Of a stretch of 64,000 nt of DNA, positions 46,720-58,844 are shown piece by piece (the first letter of the stretch is position 1; each line of letters opens with the position of its first letter). The DNA comes from Amoebophrya sp. A120. Lineage: Eukaryota > Protista > Dinoflagellata. The DNA is taken from the NCBI GenBank assembly GCA_905178155.1, contig CAJINV010000002.1, forward strand, positions 7,949,655 to 8,013,654. Reading direction: 5' to 3'. Below the pieces are notes generated by a model, which was not told the origin of the DNA, ran no database searches, and saw only the letters and a list, made by a program, of their open reading frames with translations. The position numbers and the translations under genes were made by a program.

Positions 46720-47573
46720 AGTGGAGTAGTTTCTTCCGAAGATAGACACAGCAGGCTCGGTTCCTGAAATAACCTCGCGTATCTTTATCAAACAAGCACT
46801 GTTGTAATGCCAACCTGTATTTTTGCTTCGATGTTGTAGTGTAAACAGTTCTACTTCTTGCTCTACTTACACATCGTCTCAGTTTCGCCCCTGAACCGAC
46901 TTATTCTACAGCAAGTTCCCCTAGGTTACTACCTGCAAGAACTTGCTTAAGGACCTGCTGCTCGCCTAGCTACTGGACATAAATCCTACTTTTTGCTGTT
47001 CTACTTTTTCACTTTGACTTATTCGATGGGTTGTCTTTTTGTCAGGACCCGCACTTGCCTTGATGTTCTTTCCCCATTTTATTCTTTTCGGCATGTCGCT
47101 CACTTTGTACCTCCTCTACGCTTGAAGAAAAAACTCGTACTGTCATGCTTTTCTTGTCTAGTAAGTTCCCCGCCCAAAAAATCGGACCAACGACCATTCT
47201 GTTGGGAAAGCGAACCAGTTGTGACCGACATTTAAACCACTGAGACGATGACGACAAAACAGACTTATACCGAACATACGCGAAGGAAAACGACAAACAG
47301 AAACAGACACACTTTCACAGCCAACCGAAACGCATAATGGCCCCGGCAAATAATACCAGCGCACTTTATTGATATTGGGTATTGGTTTTTTCAGTCTAGC
47401 TTGCAAGCACCGTCAGATGCATCAAATCCATTCACATAAATTATTTTCATCTCTGTCGCAAAAATTTTAGCTAGATCGTACAATGTTCGAAAGTATATAT
47501 CCAAGGTCTTCGCGGAGTCTTCCGATATTCTTCACTTGGGCCCGGCCCAGATTTCGTTCAATCAACAAAAGCC

Positions 47574-50500
47574 TCATTTCAGGAAATCCGAAATCTTTGG
47601 CTGTATTCGGGCAGCGGTGAAACTATGCGCCCCTGACGTGGAAAGCTGCGGATGTGCCCCACTTCCTCCCGACGTTGCTCCCGAAAAATGAGCACCGCCC
47701 GGCTGGCCTGTGCCTTTTAGTTTCTTTTCGGACTCCAGGCTGGCCGTGACGCCCAGGCCGCGTATCCGACTGTGATCCTTGATCCGCAAGTCGTTAAACA
47801 CCAGCAAGCCCGTTGAAAAATGTATGGTAGGAAACAACTTTGGATGACCAACAGCATTTTCAGCGATAGGAGTAGTTCTAGTCTTGTCCATAGAAGACAA
47901 GTATCTGAGTCGGAACGGGCGCATCAGGCGACATACGTCGGCCTCGCAGTCGCATTTAAGTTTTTCAATGCATTTTCCACACTTCCACACTCTTGTTTTT
48001 ATCTGCGCCACGCCGGCTGGCGCTGCGCAAACTTAAAACTACATATGAAATAGATCTTGCCTTCGCTCCAGCTTCCAGTTGTTTCCACTATCGTATCCAG
48101 AGCCTCGTTGTGGTTTAAGGCCAAGGACTTGGAGACCTGGTCGCACACCCCGTGCCCCCCGGGTTTCGGCGGTTCCTGCCACTCGGGCCCGGCGATCAGG
48201 GCCCGCACGGTGAGGCGCACAATGTTGAAGAAGAGCGGCTGCTGCCGGTCCGGGTCCGGTGCTGCGTCGGTGGCCCGTCGAATGGGCACCCGTCCGAAGA
48301 GCTCCTCTAAGACCGCGGTGATCAGCGTGATCGCCTCGTCCTTGGACTTCGGCCGCACGCCCCAGTTCATCTCGCTGGACATGGTCTTTCGTTTCGTCAC
48401 CACCTCCCGGGGCTCGTTGCCGAGGCGCACGCCCGTCAGTTTCAGGTTTTCGCTCAGGTTCAAGAGCACCTCCTGACTCAGATACCCCCCGGAGTTCACG
48501 TCTTTCCCCGAGGCCAACGCGTAAATGTTTTCGCCCGTCTTGCCCCCGAGGCAGTGCGAGCAGAAGCGCGGACCGCGGCGCACCAGCTCGCCGCAGGTCT
48601 TGATGTCATTGTTGTTCTGAAGCTTTTCCAAAATCTTTCGCCCAACCCCGGGCAGATCCTGCAACGGAATGTTCGCCATGAGCTCATCCTACCGAAACAT
48701 TCGAAACAGCAGGGCGAAGTGCAGAAATCGCGAATCCTAAACAAAGTGGTTTATACGTCTCGATTCTTTTTCGTGCCCATGATGCAAGCGGCTGCAGCTG
48801 CACAACGAGATTTCTATCTACAACCTCGACTTGATGAATCCAATCACCACCCCACGAACAAACTGAACACGCGATCTAGTAACTGGCCGGCAACTAAAAA
48901 CCAAAACCTGCACATGGGAAAAATGAAATAAAAGCCGTTGCGCCATATTTCCACTTTTCTTCGACTCTGCCCTCCACCCTACTGTCTCAAGAACCGCTTC
49001 GCTAGGATAAAACTGTTTATTGTTGTTCTCCAGCTCGCACTTACTGCCGTTTGGCTTAGCCTGCTTGGAGCACTATGGATTGTAAAAGTGTCTGGGTCTG
49101 GAAGGTTGGAACTTGTAATGCTAGCTTTCCATACCTAGAAAATCTGTACTGCATAACCACCAAAAGTCGCAGCCTCCTTTGTCATGCAAAAACGCAGTTT
49201 CTGATGCGCATTGGAGAGTTGTCATGCCGGACTGCGTTCGGAAGTGATTTCATCATGCACATTTTAGCATCACAAGTTTCCAGACCCAGCCATTTTTGCA
49301 TTTGATAAGCACATGCGGGCGACGATCTGCGTGTTGGCGACCCCGATAGACAGCGTGACCTTCGTTTCCTTGAAGACCATTTCGCGGATCGCGTCCGCCC
49401 AGAGCTTGGGCCGGTCCTGGTACTCGACCGGCACGCGGCACACGGCCTCGTCGCAACTCCGCATGTCCACGATCGGGGCCACCTTGCGCAGCAAAAGGAA
49501 CACGCACTTCCAGACGTTTTCCACCTCCAACAACAGCTCCGGCGTGACCGCGATCAATTTGATGGTCGGACACACCTGCAGGGCTTGGCGGACGTAGGTC
49601 GCGCGGACCCCCTGCTTCCGCGCCGGGTAATTGGCGGAGCAGATTTCGCTGTAGCCGTGCAGCCCGGACACCACCGCCGCGGGGAGCTGCTTTTCCGCGT
49701 CGGAAAAGTTGCGCTGCGGCATATCGAGAGGAAAGCAGCCCCCTCCCCATATGCCGACGAAGTTTCTGATGCCGGATTTCCGTACACAAACCCTATTTGT
49801 CTTGCATTAAAGGACTGCAGGCATATGCCAAGCCTGCGCCGAGAGGTTTTCACGTAGACGCCTAGCATGAAAGACGTCAATGGTACAGGCCCAATAGCAT
49901 CACAAACTGCCTGCATACTGTGGCGGAATCTCTCGACTTGCCTTCTTGCAAGACAGGCACGATTTGTGGTCTCTAATTTGCATGGCAAATTTTCAGAGAT
50001 GCATTTTCAATATGGGGAGGGGCGATTTTTCCTCGCAATAAGCCACCGAGGCGAAGAACGCGTCCATGTCGCAGTAAGCGACCAGGTGACTGTATGCAAG
50101 AAAAAAACTGTGTACGTGTAACTCTCTTGGAGGAACAGCATCACAAGCTTGCTCTGCATGACACAGCAAACCTGTCATGCGTCGCTAGTACGTGAAAACA
50201 CGTACGACAAGGGCATCTGATGCATGTCCAGCATGACAGGTATAACTGTAATGAATCGTCTTGTTGCATCGTCTGCAACACAAAGTTACACTTACACGAC
50301 AGTTTTCTTCTTGGATAGACTGCTCTGCTGCTCGACCGACTTCGGGTGCGGCATCACCGGAAGCGTGATCTTCCACTTCTCGATATCAAAAGGAAAAATC
50401 CCTCCTTCCCATATTGAAACGGAAATTTCGGTTGCTGCATTTGTGGGCGACGGCGAAACTGGTACCGCTAAGAGGAAGTGGAACAGTCAGCAGCACGGAC

Positions 50501-51907
50501 TTATCGGCTTTGCCAGGTCCGCAACCCCCTGGGTTGCTGCATTTGTGCACACAAAGGAAATTTGTGCTGCAGTAAAGGAGTGCAGGCATCACAAATTTTC
50601 AAAGGGATGCCCCTTCGATATGGGGAGAGGGGATTTTTCTTTTTCATACTCGAACCGCTCTCGCCAGGTGCCTAGGAAGTGCAGTCGGGAGCACCGGTGG
50701 AACTCGGACACAGCCGTGGTTTTGTTCGAACTACCAGCACCGTCTTTGGTCGGCGTCGTGCTTTGTTCTGCAGCAGCTTTACTCATTTCACGGCCTATTT
50801 CCTTGTTCTTTTCCACAAGCTGCTGCGCGTAATTCACGTTGGCACTACCGTGATCTCCTCCTGGCGCACTGCTGGCATTCGTGTTGTTCTTTGGGGCGAC
50901 AACTGCACCTCGTACCAACCCTCCGGCTGGATTTCTGTGCCGGCTGGCACCAGAGTCATCGTCCGTCCGGACTGCTGCAGGCGGGCCTGCGCCACTGGTC
51001 TCACCATTGTTGCCCCCCTCTTGAGCGGAGGCCACTGCTCTCTCCCCTTGCGCAACCATCGCGTTTCGCTCCCGCTTTTCTTCCTGATTCGCAGTTGTTC
51101 CAGTAGTATTTTCACCGACCGTTTCGACCCGCCGCCTCTTCCGGGCGGCTTCCTCTTCGTCCAGCCTGTGGCGGATAGCCCGGCGCTCCCCCGGCTCCAG
51201 TCGTCCGATACCACCATTCGACACATGAGCAGCCTTGACGCGGTCGCCCGCCACGTTCGCGCCTCGTGATTCCAGCTGGGCTTGGAAGCTCTGGCTTTTC
51301 TCGCGCGAGCTCTCGTACTCCGGGTCCAGCCTCCGGCGCCGCCGCTCCGCGTCGACCTCTCGCATTTTCTCGCTGAAGGTCTGGCGAAGCCACAAGCTGA
51401 AATCGACCATGGTACGCTTGTTGCTACCACTTTCAGGCTGGATTCCTGGTGCAGACGACGCGTCAGAACGAGGCTCCACTACGTTCGGTGACTTTTCAGC
51501 ACTTGTTGGCCTCCCCTTGTCATTGGCTCCTGCTTTCGTATTCGCAGCTTTTGTATCAAATGTAAAAATGTCTGGGTCTGGAAGATTCCAAACTTGTGAT
51601 GCGTATTTCCGAACACAGAAAAATCTCTCATGCATAGGTAGAAAAAGCTGCCCACTTTCTGTCACCAAAGTGGGAGATTTGTCATGCGGATTCGGCATTG
51701 CGGAAGCTTCTCGAAACCTGTGATGCTGGAGCTTCCATGCCAGCCCTTCTGTGTCATGCAGAAACAGCATGACTCTTCCAGACCCAGACATTTTTACATT
51801 TGATATTTTGCGTGTGGAGCGACTTTCTGGTCCAGAGCCCCGCCTTCGTCGTCACTCCACAGACAGACGCGTCTGCGCATCCCGAACAGCGACACAGTAA
51901 GGGACAT
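47574..51907 (-). CDS. REV1: REV1 Y-family DNA polymerase (deoxycytidyl transferase), split by five introners and other introns
   Basis: SRLHFLGTW, AYCDMDAFFASV, SEICSANYPARKQGV, ALQVCP, SCDEA, SIGVAN..ARMCSKQAKPNG, LPGVG, RKTMSSEMNWGVR, GHGVCD, IRGLGV. Confidence 0.88.
49074..49307. mobile_element. Introner family B (234 bp)
   Basis: B-type TIR. DR agcac at 49069-49073 and 49308-49312. Confidence 0.92.
49722..50040. mobile_element. Introner family C (319 bp), DR partly diverged
   Basis: C-type TIR. Gene-sense flanks tggct/tgccg. Join FFASVA|QRN. Confidence 0.85.
50093..50317. mobile_element. Introner family G (225 bp)
   Basis: TIR tatgcaagaaaaaaactgtg versus tatccaagaagaaaactgtc. DR gactg at 50088-50092 and 50318-50322. 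Confidence 0.88.
50384..50648. mobile_element. Introner family C (265 bp)
   Basis: C-type TIR. DR ctcga at 50379-50383 and 50649-50653. Confidence 0.9.
51554..51805. mobile_element. Introner family B (252 bp)
   Basis: B-type TIR. DR ttttg at 51549-51553 and 51806-51810. Confidence 0.92.
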
Positions 51908-52574
51908 GATACCGGTTTCATAAGGCGGCGAATAAAAATGATGTCGGGGTTGGAAACAAATGAGATGATTATAGTTGACTACGGAGGGAGGAGGAGATTA
52001 GGGAATACTGATGACTAGAATCCTGTGAGAATCCTGTGCGGCTGTGTCGAAATCATAAATCTTCAAGAAGCGCGGAGCCTAGGCCCCGGTTGATGAGTTT
52101 ATTTCTCACGCTACCTAATCTAATGCGGACCTACGACAGGAGAGACATTGGCTTCGAAAAACCCTCAGCTGCCATCAACAAGCGCGGTCGTACCCAGAAG
52201 ACTTCTTCGCTCAAGCCTGTGCCTTTTCTCGTTGCATTTTTCCATCAGACCCTACACAATACCACTGCGCGTCGGCGCGCTGCGCGCTATGCTTTCGAAG
52301 CGATACAGCTAAGGATACATAGCGTCAGATGAATAGCGGAACATCAAATATGCCAAATCACATTTTCGATCCTTTTCCTCGCTGTTCCGAGGACCCATGC
52401 GAACACAGTTTCGTCTTCTCAGACAGAGCCCCCACGGCAAATACAAGTCACCATTTCTGCGATCCTTTGATGGCTAGACCAGCACCAGTGACTTGACCAA
52501 GTGGCACAATGTGCAAATGCCACAGCGACGCGCAACACCACGCCAAGTGAGAATAAAGCGAACCGAACTATACG

Positions 52575-55500
52575 TCATATTTCCTCCACCTCCAGCTGCG
52601 TGATGTCTTCTGCGATAGTGGTCTTATCGCAGATCACAGTGGTAGAGTTGGACAGCTGTATGGGGTACCCAATGGCGGACCGAAACAGCACTTGGTGCTT
52701 CCGGAACTCTCGCATGCCCGCCGCGCCGGATTTGGTGATGCCGATGTGATTCTGGCCGTGGATGTAGAAAATCCCGGTTGTGCTGTTGCTAGATACCTTG
52801 ATCGGAGCCGGACCCCCATCCTCGGTGAACAGCGCTTCGCGAGGGAAAGAATCAGAATCGGCAAGACCTTGCTGCTCCGAGTGATTTATCATTTCGGGTG
52901 ATGATTCATGATCCGACGTGCGTGACGTTTCATCCCTTGTGGCAGAAGACGAACCAGTGTCCTCTTTTTCTATTACCGTGGTCCGGCGGTCGAAGTACTG
53001 CGTGAGGTTTTTCTCGCTGGATGCAAAGCCGAACCGCCACTCATACTCGGTTTCGCGGAACCAGAGCGTGTGCTCGCGCTCCTTCATTTCCAGGTCATGC
53101 ACCAGACCCTTTTTCAGCTTCCGTACGGCGAAAACGCAGTATGAGAGTGAACACCTTTCCCTCGTCCCCATTGTGCGTCCCATGCAAAATGCCGAATCTT
53201 CGAAGCCGTCGAAACAGTAGAACTACGTACACTCTGCGCCGCGTAAAAATGGACCTTGTCATGCAAAAGCCGCAATTCCCGCTGGCGTTTCTATTCAGCT
53301 GGTAATCAAGCGCTGCAAATCAGAGGAACAAGGGAAACAAACAATATTTTCACCCTCGTACGCCGGCGTGCGTCGCGATCGTGCCGTAGATGGTCTTGGG
53401 CAAGAAACTGACCGTTGGGTGGTCGTTCGCGACGAACTTGGAGGAGTGGACAATGACCGCTTGCGGGTCCAGCAGCAGTGCCTGCAGTGACTGGGTCACC
53501 ACCAGATCAACCGCCTTCGGGGAAAGCAGCAGTCCGTGCAGGGCCAGTATATGGTTGTCTTCGGTGACTGATCCGACGACGAGCTTCGCGAACCTCGTGT
53601 CGTAGTTGGCCTGGAATTGCCGGATGAAATACCGGATCTCCTCCTGGTTCACGTACATAAACCGCAACCCCTCCTGCACCCAGAAGACCCAGGGCAGATC
53701 GGCCGTCAGGTCTCGCAGCGGCTTTTTGTACTTCTTACTCCTCCTTTCCGTCACGTCCGCCAACAGGACCTCCGCCAGCGCCCCCTCCGAGTTCGCGTCG
53801 GAGAGGACGAGGTCGCCGTTTTCTTTCAGAATTTCGTACTCGTGGCTTGCGAGAATTGCGGGGTCGGTTGCGTCTGGTGGTCTATCAAGACCTCTAACAG
53901 GAGCACTCTTCTTGTCGTGCGCTATCTGCAGCTGCGGACCGCGGTTGGCGAACTGGTTCAGCAGCTTCTCGGGGTCGTCCGAACTGAAATCCCAGTTCTC
54001 CTCGACAATATCTTCGTCGGGACTTCTATCGTTGTCAGGATGCTCCTCCATCATCATCCCACTCAGTAAGCTCCTCCCGACCGCGGACGTTCTCCGCGCG
54101 CCTTGGAAGCAAAACGACTCCACCAGCGACCGCAAATTTGGCACGGTGGACGGCTGGAAATATTGCCTGGGCTGGATCATCGCACGGGCAGCTGCTTGTT
54201 CCAACTGGTCTTCGGCTCCTTCTGTTGGTGCGGACTCTTGTTGTTGCTCTTCAGCTTCAGGTAAACTTTGTCCTCTCTTGGGAATTCCCACACCATGGTT
54301 GCAGGCGTTCGGGAATCCCTCATCTACCACCTGCATTTGCCTTTTGTCGAATTCCGCCCGCATCTGCGACAGGCCGAGAAAGCCGACCAGGTCCAGCCCG
54401 TTGGTCCACCCGCTCGGCGGGTTGCAGCTCAGCGCCTCCGTGAAAACGGTGGTGACCCCCTGCGTGCTGGCGCAGAAGCCAAGCGACAACGCGTTGGACT
54501 CCACGAAGGGGCACTCTCGCTTGGTGATCTCGCCCACCATGCGGTCCCAGCCGACGCGGTTCAAAATCACGGGGCCGCAGGGAAGCAGGTCGTAGTCGAA
54601 CACTTTCGTGTTCGGCGCAAACGAGGCGAACATCACGGCCCGCTGGTGCTCCGCCTCGTCCTCCGAAGATTGCCCGTTTTCTAGTACAGTCTTTTCGTTC
54701 CGAAGCTTCGGCGTGTGCGTTTTCAGGAAGTAGTACAAGTGCCCCAGGTGGATGAAGGCGTCGACGGTGGGGAGAACCACCACCCACTTGACCCCCTCCG
54801 GTAGCTCCGTGTTCCGCATCCACAACACAAACTTCCCCTCGTAAATGGTCGGGTACTCCTCCGGCGGGAAGTCATCCTGCTGGTGAATCGGGAACAGGTC
54901 ATTCTTCTTGTCCGTGATGAAGGCCACCTGCCACAGGTTCTGCAGCCACGCGTGCTTCGCCAGCTTCGCGTGCTCGTACTCACTGTACCAGGTGGAAATG
55001 ACGAAGAAAACGTCGCGAAAGGAGAGATATGCAGGTGGCAAAAACGTGTTGATAGATCGTTCTTACTTCGTACAATAAATCACTTGCCAAATAATTTGAA
55101 GCCAGGCGACCTCGTGGTGTCATTGCATCCTTACTACACTGAGGCAAAAAACAGGCGACAGTATTCTTTTATCTTTTTGTAATGCAAAAAATCCATTGTG
55201 ATGTTGATGCCGAGTCGGTGTTTACGAAGATTCAGTGCCTTTATTACCACAGCATAGCAGATGCTCGGTGGCATTTTGGTCCTGAAACCCGACCAGATCG
55301 TGGTACTCGGATTCGGTGACGAAGCGTTCCTGCGCCGACCAGAAGGGGATGGCAAACAGAAACTGCAGCTGATACAGAAGATACAACACGGAGCGCAACA
55401 GAAACTTCGTCGGTCGGTTGTCCGAAAGCGACGGCAGAGTGGCGGAAAATCTTGACTTCATGTTTTTTTTTGCACCTCTAGCCTCTATGCAGCGCTGTCG

Positions 55501-55608
55501 GACTTGACGCCGATGAATGCAGGCGTAAAAAAAATCGTTTTCGCCCGAAAAAAGACTCAAGCAGTCGCCCAACGAGCCACAAACAATAAAACAAAAACAA
55601 ATGATCAC
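52575..55608 (-). CDS. Putative GT31/Fringe-like glycosyltransferase; multi-exon, with ORF 52575-53183 probably a downstream exon
   Basis: Hydrophobic N-terminal stretch, then VFFVIST...AWL...FITD...KWVVVL.TVDAFI..L..FL...CGPVILNR...CP...LGFC...GV, a Fringe/galactosyltransferase-like pattern. No clear DxD motif. Confidence 0.5.
55028..55256. mobile_element. Aged introner (229 bp)
   Basis: TIR tatgcaggtggcaaaaa versus tatgctgtggtaataaa. Gene-sense flanks tctgc/tctct. Join TEHL|SFRDV. Confidence 0.75.
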
Positions 55609-56533
55609 AAAAAACGTTTTGAACGGAGAGCCGGCGTCTTTTTGGATCGTTCAAAAATTCGAAAAACACAAAAAAGATCAATGCAACAAATGGCCGTCAA
55701 CAACCATCGAGTGCATAGAAAACACAAACATGTGATCATCCTCTTTCTACGCGCTCGGCCAGGAGACGAACTGCTGACCAAAAAGGTCGCGTTACATGCA
55801 ACGAGATTCTAAGTCCGCAACTTTGAGCAAACACAATGCGGGTGACGAGTCGTCGCTGACACTGCTGGAAGGAGCCGCTCGTCTTCCGCCTTGCGCAGTG
55901 AATATAAAGCATTTTTCTCGGCAAAGTGCAAACAAATCCTGATTGATCCTTACGACAATGTTCCCTATGCATGAGCCGAGGTCGGGCTCTAATCTGCGGC
56001 ATTTGTTTTTTGCTGCTCTTGCTGCCACACAGTCTCGATAACAAAGTCGATCTGCAGCTTCGCGACGACCATTTGCTCGACGAGAACTGCGCTCGTGGCA
56101 AGTGTAACCATCGCGGCAAATCGTCCTTCTCCTCGAGAGTGTCAGGATTATCGAACAACTCCTCGGAGAACTCTGCAAAAGTCGTCTTTTTTTCTTCAAA
56201 CTGCTGATTGGTGGCCCGCGAGTGCACTTTCACTGGTCGTGGTACATTCGGCGAATACTAAAGTGCCGTGCGTTTCCGGCTTTTCCGCCTGGCTAGCGTG
56301 CTCATCATCCGTCAATAGTGCTGATCCGGCATGAACTGCGGTCGAAGGTGGGCGAACTTCTTCGGGTTCTCGGTGCTCGCGACAAGTGGGTCTGCGGGCA
56401 TTTCCTCCGCGGCTTGCAGCTTCTCTTCTTCCTCGCGAGTAACATACAATCTAGGAACAAAATTTATCTCACTTCAAATATTGTTTTTTTCCACCACTTT
56501 TCGCAGTAGGCCTTTCTTCTCTTCTTCTTTTTT

Positions 56534-57175
56534 CTATCGATTTTTTTTGTTTTTCTTTCTTTTCTTTTTAGGTAGCGCGCCACCTTTTTTGCTTTTCTTT
56601 TGGCTCAGGACTTTTTTTTTCGTTTTCTTGTTGGACTTCTCGCACTTGCTACTCCAGTCCTTCGCACCCCGATAGTGCTCTGACGCGGGCGCGATGGATT
56701 CGCCGTTGTACCACGCGTTCGATTTGCTGTAGTGCCACACGTCCTGCGCGTCCTTCTTTCCGGAGGTTCCAGCGCCACCGCCGTACAGGCTGCCGTTGTC
56801 GTCGAACGCGCCGGGCAGCATGGACTTGGTGTTCCAGATGTTCTTGCCATCCGCCATCTGCGCGTACTTAGGCGACCAGCTCGGCTTGCTGTTGCTCCAC
56901 CAGTGGGACTGGTACCAGGACTGGTTGTCGTTTTTCAGAGAGGTCCAGTGCCGGGGCGCCGCACTCCTGTGGTGCCAGTGGTTGTCCGCCTGATCTCGCA
57001 CGACCTCCTCTTCCACAACCTCTTCCTCGATCACCTCCTCCTTAAACGAAGGGCCCCATTTCTGGAAAGAAGAACCCGACGCGGCGCCGCGTGCCGTGCT
57101 GCCCGAATGGTAGTGGTTTGCGCGCGTGCCCGTGATCATGCTGGGCGGCCGGTACGTACCGTTTACGGAAGCCAC
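56534..57175 (-). CDS. Hypothetical protein, Trp/His-rich with a Lys-rich tail
   Basis: 213-aa ORF with GC3-rich codons and no recognised domain. Confidence 0.45.
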   Translation of the reverse strand: MASVNGTYRPPSMITGTRANHYHSGSTARGAASGSSFQKWGPSFKEEVIEEEVVEEEVVRDQADNHWHHRSAAPRHWTSLKNDNQSWYQSHWWSNSKPSWSPKYAQMADGKNIWNTKSMLPGAFDDNGSLYGGGAGTSGKKDAQDVWHYSKSNAWYNGESIAPASEHYRGAKDWSSKCEKSNKKTKKKVLSQKKSKKGGALPKKKRKKNKKNR

Positions 57176-57342
57176 GTCGGAAGCTGATTATTTTTTTCGA
57201 GTTTGTATCAAGTGAGTTTGTTCGTCATGTAAACTAAGCACCCATTCGACTGATACCTCAAACAAACTACTCGAACAAATCTCTGAATCGATAAAAGGTA
57301 AAGGCAACACGCAACGAGAGAATTGAATTTCAATTTTCAAGA

Positions 57343-58569
57343 CTACTTTCGAAGATATTCAAAGATACGCGGATTTGCGGTTTCGTGCGGCAGCAGCGAG
57401 TTGGAGTGGTTCCTTAATGGCGGTAAGCGCAGGGAAAACGCCGGGCCCGGCGCACTGTACTCTTTGTAGAGGTCTTCCTCCCATGCTCCGTAGAAGTCTT
57501 CCTCGATAATTTCTTCTTCCACGATTTCCTCCTTTACAAATTCTCTAGTTTCCGGTTCCGGCGTGGGGGCCTCCTCCTCCCGAAGGTTCTCCTCCGTCCC
57601 TAACATAAATTGCCGCCAGTCGGGCCAGGCAAGACGAGGTCTCGCAAGATTTGAAGGTGGCGGCGGCAACACGCCTACCTGTTGCCTCTCCACGTGGCCA
57701 CATGTATCCTGCTTCTTGGTCTGCGCGTCGGAATCCCTTAGTGGGAGCGATGAATGATCCCATGATCCTAGAAGCGAGCTATTGGACCTGTTTTGCTGTT
57801 CCGAGGACCACTCGTCGCCGGACACGACCGATGGCAAAATCTTAGTGTCTTGCGCTATGACAGAGGTGGCCAGGTTGAATTTACTATCTCGGCCACTATC
57901 TGCTTCGTCACTGCAGCCGGACAGAGACCCCGAAGGCGTGAAAACTGAGTCCCCGAACCGTGGAGTTGCTCCCGGAGTTTCGCCGGCCGCGCGAGCAAAA
58001 GGGAACAGTGGTGGAGTTGATCCTGGCAGTGGTGGAGTTGCTCCCGGAGTTTCGCCGGCCGCGCGAAAAAAAGGGAACAGTGGTGGAGTTGCTCCTGGGG
58101 TTTTGCGTGCCTTGTGAGCAAAGGGGGTGCTCCCCGCGTTCGTGAGTCCTTCTCTGGCGGTGGGCGTGAGAAAGGGCGTGTAGTCCCCTTCCTCGTCTTC
58201 GTGACGGGGGGAAAAGGAAAATTCCGGTAATGGTAAGTTATCGTACCGGAACTGCTGATCGCTGGAGGGTGATGAAACACCGGCAGGCCTCAGAAAGGGC
58301 GTGTCGTCCCCTTCCTCGTCTTCGTGCCTGAGGGAAAGAGGCAATTCCGGTAAGGGTAACGCATCGCACCGAAACTGCTGATCGCTGGAGGGTGATGAAA
58401 CACTTGCCGAAAATAATGGAAGTGCGCTTTCCGAACTTGCTGTGCTCGCCTGCTGATTTGGTGCGGGAACTCGGGGCGCCACGTCGTGGTCTTCTTCTAC
58501 GACTGCTACTGCCTGCGCAAACGGAAACAGACCGGTGTTCCCTTCCACCAAATGCTCTAGGTTCCACAC
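57343..58569 (-). CDS. Hypothetical low-complexity protein with internal tandem repeats
   Basis: 408-aa ORF with two ~41-aa repeats (SSPSSDQQFR.D.LPLPE...RHEDEEGD.TPFL) and repeated GETPGATPP units. Confidence 0.5.
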   Translation of the reverse strand: MWNLEHLVEGNTGLFPFAQAVAVVEEDHDVAPRVPAPNQQASTASSESALPLFSASVSSPSSDQQFRCDALPLPELPLSLRHEDEEGDDTPFLRPAGVSSPSSDQQFRYDNLPLPEFSFSPRHEDEEGDYTPFLTPTAREGLTNAGSTPFAHKARKTPGATPPLFPFFRAAGETPGATPPLPGSTPPLFPFARAAGETPGATPRFGDSVFTPSGSLSGCSDEADSGRDSKFNLATSVIAQDTKILPSVVSGDEWSSEQQNRSNSSLLGSWDHSSLPLRDSDAQTKKQDTCGHVERQQVGVLPPPPSNLARPRLAWPDWRQFMLGTEENLREEEAPTPEPETREFVKEEIVEEEIIEEDFYGAWEEDLYKEYSAPGPAFSLRLPPLRNHSNSLLPHETANPRIFEYLRK

Positions 58570-58844
58570 TGCGCTCAGCAGTTTCTCTTTACGCCCTGGG
58601 AAGACAAATTACTGACGCTATTGAGAGATGCGGAATAGACTGGGAGAATTTTTTACTGCTGGTAACCAAAGTTTATAGACACAGAAGAGTTGATGCATGG
58701 TTGATGTTTTCGCTTCGCCACCTGGATAACTTAGATCTACTGAAAAATGAAACATCTGAGCACATCGGTTAGAAGCAGACAAAGCACAAAATGGAAATGC
58801 CAATAAAACAAATGTATACAGTAAATACATAGTCAACATATTAT

